Below, piece after piece: positions 57,814 to 64,000 of a DNA stretch of 64,000 bases (the first letter of the stretch is position 1; each line of letters begins with the position of its first letter). The translations under genes were made by a program, and so were the position numbers. The notes below the pieces were generated by a model. It saw nothing but the letters and a program-made list of their open reading frames with translations, was not told the DNA's origin and ran no database searches. Origin of the DNA: an uncultured delta proteobacterium (GTDB taxonomy: Bacteria; Desulfobacterota; Syntrophobacteria; Syntrophobacterales; Syntrophobacteraceae); the NCBI GenBank assembly GCA_963757915.1, contig CAVWTD010000018.1:59072-123071 (forward strand). Reading direction: 5' to 3'.

Positions 57814-58595
57814 AAAGCCCCCCACTCCAGCCGGATGTATGCAATCACTATCGCTCCCGAGGTCAGGCACAAAATCCAGAGATCTTTCGAGGAAATGCGC
57901 GGCAGAGCGCCGAAAGGTATGTAGCCTTTGTACCCTCGCAGTTCCATGGCCTCATAGGTGCGGATCCCCTGGTCCATTGCAACTTTCATCACTGTTCCCG
58001 CCAATACGCCTGTAGACGATAAAGAACGCCTGAGGCTGGAATACCCGAGCCGTACCCTTTGGGCGTTCATGACGTCGGCAGCCTGCTCCAGGAGCATAAA
58101 AATATAGCGGTACATGAGCATGCCCACTTCCACCCAGCACTTTGGGACACCGAACCAGCGCAGGGCGTGAAATATCTGATGCGCCCTGGCGGCAGAGCTC
58201 AAAAGCAGCAGTACGCTAACAGCTCCAAGAACGCGAGTCCCGAGCAAAGCGCCGTGCAGAGCGCCTTCCCGCATCACTGCTATCTTCCACCCAAACAGCG
58301 GGATGCTCAAAAGCAGGGTGGAACCAACGAGAAGCGACTGCAGCAGGATTACAACCAGAACAATTCCCAAAGGGGCCGCAAGCCTGACCAAAATGAGCCT
58401 GGCGGGCATTCGGATCGCAAGCATTGCGGCCAGGGCGGCTGCAAAGATTGCCAGCGGAAACGCAGGGCCGGTGGATATTATGACACCGACGATCGCCAGA
58501 ATGGCCAGCACGAGCTTTACGCGAGGATCGACACGGGTCAGAATGTTGTCCCGATATGCAAATATGTCCGAGAAAAGCTCAAATACCGGCTGCAA
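57810..58595 (-). CDS. cbiQ: Cobalt ECF transporter transmembrane (T) component
   Basis: A multi-pass membrane protein between cbiN and cbiO. The probable TTG start at 58595 lies just after the cbiN stop. Confidence 0.8.
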   Translation of the reverse strand: MQPVFELFSDIFAYRDNILTRVDPRVKLVLAILAIVGVIISTGPAFPLAIFAAALAAMLAIRMPARLILVRLAAPLGIVLVVILLQSLLVGSTLLLSIPLFGWKIAVMREGALHGALLGTRVLGAVSVLLLLSSAARAHQIFHALRWFGVPKCWVEVGMLMYRYIFMLLEQAADVMNAQRVRLGYSSLRRSLSSTGVLAGTVMKVAMDQGIRTYEAMELRGYKGYIPFGALPRISSKDLWILCLTSGAIVIAYIRLEWGAL

Positions 58596-58599
58596 GGCG

Positions 58600-58878
58600 T
58601 TAGCCTTTATCCTTTGGGGGAAACAAACCCCGAAAATAATAACCGGCGGTAAAACCGCCCGATGCTCCAGCCAAAAGAAACAGCAAGAGGGGCAAGTCCC
58701 CACGTTCGATATTGATTAGAGGCTCCTGCGGAGGGCGGTTGGCCTCTATCGCGAACTTGCCCACTACCGACTCATCGACCCCGGCCCATTTGCAGTCAGA
58801 GATCCGCAGGCCGATATACAAGCCTAGAGCCAGGAAAAAGATAAGGCCGCCTGCAAGCGCTATTTTCATAAAAAGCAC
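58600..58878 (-). CDS. cbiN: Cobalt transport protein CbiN
   Basis: About 90 aa, with two TM helices flanking a loop, positioned between cbiM and cbiQ. Confidence 0.8.
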   Translation of the reverse strand: MLFMKIALAGGLIFFLALGLYIGLRISDCKWAGVDESVVGKFAIEANRPPQEPLINIERGDLPLLLFLLAGASGGFTAGYYFRGLFPPKDKG

Positions 58879-59613
58879 CTAAACCGCAAAGATTTTAAGC
58901 AATTCGGGCCTGCGTGTCAGTATGAACCTGTAAGCTCCCACACACAGGAATCCCTCAACAATTCCCAGCGGAACCTGAGTAGGCACAAATGCAAGAAGCA
59001 CGGTCAGGAAAAATTTACCCAGTGGAGCATTGCCGTGGAGAGCGGCGGCGAGTTGAAGAGAAGTGACGCTATAGGTGGCCCAATCCGATAGAAGGCCAGC
59101 AAGGAAAGCGGCAATCCACCAACTGCCGGACAGCCGCCTTACCAGAATAAATGCGACATACCCTGTGAAGGCGCCGGCGACCCCCATTGAGGCAACATTA
59201 GCACCGAGAGTGGTAAGCCCGCCATGCGCCAGGAACAGGGCCTGCAGCACCAGCGCGACGCTGGTCACCACAACCGTCAGCAGCGGGCCTATAAAAATGG
59301 CGGCAATACCAGTCCCGCAGGGATGCGAACAGGAACCCGCCGTAGGGACAGGAATAGGCATACAGGATATTATGAACACAGCCGCCCCTACCAATCCAAC
59401 CATAGGCTTGAGGTGCAAATTACGCAGACCGCGCAAGTGCAAGTCACGCAGTCCCAGAAAGAGGAACGGCGCAGACACCGCAAACCACAGTATTGCCCAC
59501 CGCGCCGGCAGAATTCCCTCGGAGATGTGCATCGCGAACGCTGGAACGTCCGGGAGCACGAGCAATGACATGAATACAATAATTACCGTGATGGAGCGGC
59601 GCCTGATTTCCAT
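58879..59613 (-). CDS. cbiM: Cobalt transporter substrate-capture component CbiM
   Basis: A signal-like N-terminus is followed by AMHISEGILP, the conserved mature N-terminus MHIxEG. The protein is multi-pass. Confidence 0.9.
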   Translation of the reverse strand: MEIRRRSITVIIVFMSLLVLPDVPAFAMHISEGILPARWAILWFAVSAPFLFLGLRDLHLRGLRNLHLKPMVGLVGAAVFIISCMPIPVPTAGSCSHPCGTGIAAIFIGPLLTVVVTSVALVLQALFLAHGGLTTLGANVASMGVAGAFTGYVAFILVRRLSGSWWIAAFLAGLLSDWATYSVTSLQLAAALHGNAPLGKFFLTVLLAFVPTQVPLGIVEGFLCVGAYRFILTRRPELLKIFAV

Positions 59614-59719
59614 ACCTGCCTGTACGGTTCCGTAAACTCAGCGATGTTCAATACACACTCGATCCGGATGGAATGCAACTCGACCGGTCTTGAATCGAAG
59701 GCCGGCAAATCCGGTTTGC

Positions 59720-60274
59720 CTATGCGCGATATTTTGCAGCCTCATCGGGAGGCATGGGAACGAACTCGCACTGCCCTGACGGTACGGGGTACATTTCCTT
59801 CGGGGGCAGCACCATTTGCCTTACGTCACTGAAACTCCTCGTCTCCCGGATTCTTGTTTGCACCAGGTCAACCAGCAGCTCATCGAATCCGAACCCGCGT
59901 CCCATTCGAAGACTAACGGCGGGAAACCTTTGCGCCTGCTCTTGAAGCATTTCAGGAACGTCGAGAACCAGATGCAGCCCTGAGTGCAAAAAATAGGGAA
60001 TCACCAGCACCTTTGTGGCTCCAAGGTTGACGCATTTTTCAAAGACCTCCGGGAAATGGGGTCCGAGCCTTGACATGAAACACACTTCGACGAGCGGATA
60101 ACCGTATTTCCGTCGAAGACGAGCAGCGACCCTCTCCATATCCTTCCCTGCTTCCGGCACCCGGCTTCCATGACCCAGAAGTATTATAGCCTCGTCAGGG
60201 GCGGCTGCTTTCTTTCCCGCTTCAAAAGTCTCACCTTTGGCCATGCCACTCTCCCAATCTCCATCTGCATTCAA
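59720..60274 (-). CDS. cbiX: Sirohydrochlorin cobaltochelatase, CbiX (small) type
   Basis: The protein has AIILLGHGSRVPEAG and VIPYFLHSGLH. It is the first gene after the riboswitch. Confidence 0.75.
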   Translation of the reverse strand: MNADGDWESGMAKGETFEAGKKAAAPDEAIILLGHGSRVPEAGKDMERVAARLRRKYGYPLVEVCFMSRLGPHFPEVFEKCVNLGATKVLVIPYFLHSGLHLVLDVPEMLQEQAQRFPAVSLRMGRGFGFDELLVDLVQTRIRETRSFSDVRQMVLPPKEMYPVPSGQCEFVPMPPDEAAKYRA

Positions 60275-60292
60275 GAAGAACCCGGTTCGGCC

Positions 60293-60324
60293 AAAAAAAA
60301 CCGGACCATAATCCTCAGGTCCGG
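60293..60324 (-). terminator. Riboswitch expression-platform terminator
   Basis: On the minus strand, the hairpin CCGGACCTGAGGATTATGGTCCGG is followed by TTTTTTTT. It lies between the aptamer and cbiX. Confidence 0.65.
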
Positions 60325-60394
60325 GAAACCGTTTTCATCCTCGGCTTATCCAACTCGGGCTCCAATCCACGGGAGCACGTGCAGCTATGAAGCT

Positions 60395-60550
60395 ATGGGC
60401 TGGTCTTCTGGCTCTCGGATCACCCTACTCGCCGAGCCTTCCCACCCAATCGGACAGTGGCATACCGGCGGCTTTCGTCCCCGATCACAGCGGCGGGTCC
60501 GCAACGGTTTTGCACCGTTTTCCCCATGTCCCTTTTCGGGACACCCACAG
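60395..60550 (-). promoter_or_regulatory. Cobalamin riboswitch (leader of cbiX-cbiMNQO-cbiL)
   Basis: The minus strand reads GGGGAAAACGGTGCAAAACCGTTGCGGACCCGCCGCTGTGATCGGGGACGAAAGCCGCCGGTATGCCACTG...GGGAAGGC...AGCCAGAAGACCAGCC, the last being the B12 box. Confidence 0.8.
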
Positions 60551-60832
60551 CTTATCGCAATCGATTTTGACCCAGTGCAGTCGGGGATGTCAAGGAAATA
60601 ATGTACCCGTAATCATCGCCCCACGCATGATAGAAATCATCTGCTACTTTCTCCAAAGCGAAAGATCAGATATGTTTCCTTATTGAGTTCAACAAAGGAC
60701 CGAAGGTATGCGAGGCGGGAGGAGTCAAATTCGGGGCACAGCCAATAGCAACCGAGAGCCGTGCTGCCGGTTTTTGCGAAAATGCCGGAGGGCTGCGGTT
60801 GGGCTTGGAGGCAAAGGTTAGAGGAGATTCCC

Positions 60833-62932
60833 ATGACAGATGACAAAGTGATGGTAAATTTTCAACCTTCCGGAAGAAGAGGTTCCGTCCCGAAGGGCAT
60901 TAACCTGATAGAAGCATCTCGGTTGCTTGGTGCAGATATAGAAGCGTTATGCGGGGAGAAGAAGGTTTGCGGCAAATGTGCCGTCCGCATTGAAGAAGGG
61001 CATTTTGAAAAGTACAACATTACATCCGGCATGTCCCATGTGAGCGAATGGCAGCAGGATGAAGAGAGCAAGTTCATCAATGACAAACGCAAGGCCGAGG
61101 GATATCGCCTGGCCTGTATAACCAAACTCAACGGGGATGTACTGGTGTTCGTACCGGAAGAATCCAGGGCGGGAAAGCAGGTAGTAAGCAAGGCCGCCAG
61201 GGACATCCATATCGAACACGATCCGGCTGTGAATATATACTACGTAGAGGTGGATAAGCCGACTTTTCAGGATCCCACGGCCGACTTTGAACGGGTTTGC
61301 AAGGCACTGCACAGAGAGTACGGGATCACGGGGTTGAGCGCCGATATATTTGCGCTGCGCACCCTTCCCACCGTTTTGCGCGAAGGCGATTGGTCTGTAA
61401 CCGTAAGTGTATGGAATGACAAGGAGATCATTCGGTTCAGGCCGGGAAGGAAGGACAATTTCTACGGGTTGGCCATAGATGTCGGCACTACTACGGTGGC
61501 CGGCTACTTGTGCAATCTTCGGACGATGGAGGTCGTCGATACCGTTTCCCTCATGAACCCCCAGTGCAAATACGGCGAAAACATCGTGGCCCGCATCACC
61601 TTTCACATGACCACCGAAAACGGTCTCAAGCGGATGAGCGACGACATCATGGAAGGGCTCAACCTGATAATCGATCAAGCCGTGCAAAACACCCATCCGC
61701 CCAAGAAAAAAGTCAAAAAGCCGAAGGGCTGCGAGGGACCCGAGGAGTTTGCAGAGGCGCCCTTAAAGGGTAAGATCTACCTTCGGCTGAGCAGGGATGA
61801 TATCGAGGACGTTACGATTGTCGGCAACACCGCAATGCATCACATTCTTCTTCAGCTCAATCCCGAGTATGTCGGTCTTGCCCCATTTCCCCCGGTAATA
61901 CGCCACAGCCTCGATATCAAGGCCCGGGACCTGGGGATTCATATCAATCCTTCAGCCTATGTCTTTGTACTTCCCAATGAGGCGGGATTCATAGGTGCTG
62001 ATAATGTAGGCGTGCTCATTGCCGAGGAGCCTTACAAGTCTTTTGAAAACCAACTCATCATAGATATCGGAACCAACGGAGAACTGGTATTGGGCAATAA
62101 GTTCAAGTTGATTTCCTGCTCATGCGCCACCGGCCCGGCGTTGGAGGGAGCACAGATCGCATTCGGCATGCGAGCGGCCCCGGGCGCAATCGAGCGCATC
62201 AAGATCGATCCCGATACCCATGAAGTGGACTACAAAGTCATAGGCCGTGACGCATGGCGGAGCTTCTCCGAACCCAAGGACATGCAGGCCAAAGGGATTT
62301 GCGGATCGGGAATTCTGGATGTGCTGGCGGAAGTTTATGCCGCTGGTGTTATCTCCAAAAGCGGGGTATTCGCAAAAATGCAGAAGTCCAACAGGTTCCG
62401 CAGGAACCCGGACACCAATCAGCCGGAATTCGTTCTTGCGTGGGCTGAAGAGACAAATATCGGCAAGGACATCGTAATCATGCAAAAAGATATCCGGCAG
62501 ATTCAGCTCGCAAAGGGCGCTCTTTATGCCGGCTGTAAGCTGATGATGCGCAGAATGGGTCTTGATAAGGTCGACAAGGTGAAGATCGCCGGAGCGTTCG
62601 GCACTCACGTCGACCGCACGAAAGCTCTTATCATGGGCCTGTTTCCCGATTGTGAGATTGATAAGATCCAATGCATCGGCAATGCAGCGGGCGACGGCTG
62701 CCGCGCAGCCCTTCTGAACCGTAAGAAAAGGGTTGAAGCAAACTGGTGTTCCAGGAATGTCGAGTATATTGAACTTACTTTAGAGAAGGATTTTCAACAG
62801 CAGTTCATCGAAGCCATGCAGTTGCCGCACATGACTGATGAGTTCCCGCACCTTGAAGGAATTCTTCGAGATGAGATACTTCAACAGGGTACGGGCGCAA
62901 AGACCGGAAATGCGGAAGAAATCAGCGATTAA
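60833..62932 (+). CDS. ASKHA-domain corrinoid reductive activator (RACo/AcsV-like) with N-terminal 2Fe-2S ferredoxin domain
   Basis: The N-terminal ferredoxin domain has CGEKKVCGKCAV. The large C-terminal ATPase-like (DUF4445) region has DVGTTTV, DIGTNGE and GNAAGDG. GAGGAG lies upstream of the ATG at 60833. Confidence 0.75.
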   Translation: MTDDKVMVNFQPSGRRGSVPKGINLIEASRLLGADIEALCGEKKVCGKCAVRIEEGHFEKYNITSGMSHVSEWQQDEESKFINDKRKAEGYRLACITKLNGDVLVFVPEESRAGKQVVSKAARDIHIEHDPAVNIYYVEVDKPTFQDPTADFERVCKALHREYGITGLSADIFALRTLPTVLREGDWSVTVSVWNDKEIIRFRPGRKDNFYGLAIDVGTTTVAGYLCNLRTMEVVDTVSLMNPQCKYGENIVARITFHMTTENGLKRMSDDIMEGLNLIIDQAVQNTHPPKKKVKKPKGCEGPEEFAEAPLKGKIYLRLSRDDIEDVTIVGNTAMHHILLQLNPEYVGLAPFPPVIRHSLDIKARDLGIHINPSAYVFVLPNEAGFIGADNVGVLIAEEPYKSFENQLIIDIGTNGELVLGNKFKLISCSCATGPALEGAQIAFGMRAAPGAIERIKIDPDTHEVDYKVIGRDAWRSFSEPKDMQAKGICGSGILDVLAEVYAAGVISKSGVFAKMQKSNRFRRNPDTNQPEFVLAWAEETNIGKDIVIMQKDIRQIQLAKGALYAGCKLMMRRMGLDKVDKVKIAGAFGTHVDRTKALIMGLFPDCEIDKIQCIGNAAGDGCRAALLNRKKRVEANWCSRNVEYIELTLEKDFQQQFIEAMQLPHMTDEFPHLEGILRDEILQQGTGAKTGNAEEISD

Positions 62933-63020
62933 TCCGAATTAGGGTTGAAGTAAATATTATGCGATCTTCATGGTAACAAAAAACCAGATTCAACTCCCAC
63001 CGGGGTGTGGCAGGCATAAA

Positions 63021-64000
63021 TTATAATTTGGCAAGTTGGAGGGTCAGGTAACTTTGCATCTCGTCCATCTGGGCCACAGCGATATCCATGTTCTCAAACT
63101 CCGTTTGGAGAGTGGTCATCTGCTGGTTGATATTTGCCTGCATGTTGCTCACTTGCTGATTTAGCCCGGTGATGGTGTTCTGCAGTCCGGTTTCCTGGCC
63201 GGCAACCGTCCCGGTTGAGGAATTGGTGAATCCACTCACGAGGTTATTCATAAGACTCGCGATTCCGTTGTTTACCGTAATAGTCGCGCTTGCCGGCACC
63301 GTGGTGCCGGTGTAGCTGATTGCAAGGCCGTCGGCGCCACTTGCCGTGTTATTAAGGGTTAAGACATTGCCCGAGCCGGTGGCGGCAAGACCGTCAATTG
63401 TGCCTGCAATGTTTTGATTTGTGCCGGAAAGCTGGCTGACATCGATGTTATACGTGCCGGATTGAGTATTACTGTTACTGTAGACATATTGAAACTGGCT
63501 GCTGCTGCAAACCCCGGAACCCGAAAGAAGATTAACCACGCCTGAGAAGTTGCTTGAAACCGCCTGCTGGAACGTGGTCGTATTCAGACTGAGCTGACCA
63601 TCACTGCCTGCCGTTATTCCGATATCGGCGAGATAGTCCATACTCCCGGTACCGACCTGGTTCATTATGGTGGATTGAAGTTCTGCTTTTATCGTTTCCA
63701 GGGTGTTATCGCCGAAAAGCGGTCCGCCTGTTGTATTTGAAGAGGCAGTGTAGGTATTCTGGGTGTTGATGTATGAGATGGCGGTGTTATAGGCGTTAAT
63801 CCAGGTGTTAATGTTGGTTTCGATTGCCTGCGTATCGGGGCTGACATTGACCGTCAGGGTCGTATTCGGGTCCGCTCCGAGCAGATTGAGCGTAACCCCC
63901 GCGATTGCGCTTGTAACAGTATTGGTCGAGCTTGTCATACTCATGCCGTCTACCGTGAAAGCGGCGTTTGCACCCTGCTGGAGTACATACTGGTTGATCG
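63021..64000 (-). CDS. fliD: Flagellar filament capping protein FliD (C-terminal part; the N-terminus lies beyond the window end)
   Basis: The body is Thr/Asn/Ser-rich. The C-terminal coiled coil ...QQMTTLQTEFENMDIAVAQMDEMQSYLTLQLAKL is typical of FliD. Confidence 0.7.
   Translation of the reverse strand, partial: INQYVLQQGANAAFTVDGMSMTSSTNTVTSAIAGVTLNLLGADPNTTLTVNVSPDTQAIETNINTWINAYNTAISYINTQNTYTASSNTTGGPLFGDNTLETIKAELQSTIMNQVGTGSMDYLADIGITAGSDGQLSLNTTTFQQAVSSNFSGVVNLLSGSGVCSSSQFQYVYSNSNTQSGTYNIDVSQLSGTNQNIAGTIDGLAATGSGNVLTLNNTASGADGLAISYTGTTVPASATITVNNGIASLMNNLVSGFTNSSTGTVAGQETGLQNTITGLNQQVSNMQANINQQMTTLQTEFENMDIAVAQMDEMQSYLTLQLAKL

Noticed and set aside
60947-61696. 249-aa minus-strand ORF
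   Set aside because: It is antisense to the RACo-like gene, which has a ferredoxin motif, ASKHA motifs and a good ribosome-binding site.

Overview
This 64-kb window looks like chromosome from an anaerobic, probably deltaproteobacterial (Syntrophales-like) organism. That taxonomic guess rests only on gene content and repeat style. All calls come from motif recognition by eye, because no searches could be run.

Three parts stand out.

(1) Positions ~1.9-15.5 kb form an accessory island that ends at a tRNA-Arg(ACG). It carries:
- mobile-element debris: a group II intron 5' end, a PolA remnant, a resolvase remnant and a broken Y1-transposase-like gene
- small toxin-antitoxin-like gene pairs and a DUF932-like gene
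- a co-oriented AAA+ ATPase / S8 subtilase pair that resembles the IetAS antiphage system, followed by an orphan gene

(2) Positions 23-27 kb and 44-63 kb hold a large anaerobic cobamide locus:
- cbiET-cbiD-cbiC
- cobS and cobT
- a cobalamin-riboswitch-controlled ThiC paralog, a methyltransferase-DUF2284 fusion and two B12-radical-SAM genes. This matches a bza-type operon for anaerobic benzimidazole lower-ligand synthesis.
- an embedded TIM-barrel (CbiR-like) gene
- a second cobalamin riboswitch driving cbiX-cbiMNQO-cbiL
- a RACo-like corrinoid activator
- an ArsS-like radical SAM / AhpD-like pair next to cobS, which is not expected in this context

(3) The remainder is housekeeping genes interspersed with several families of intergenic repeats. 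Some repeats have conserved ends that sit just upstream of start codons. This part also contains tandem TMTC-like TPR membrane-protein paralogs and a repeat-rich ankyrin protein.

About ten genes show single-base frame disruptions. This may reflect sequence quality rather than biology.
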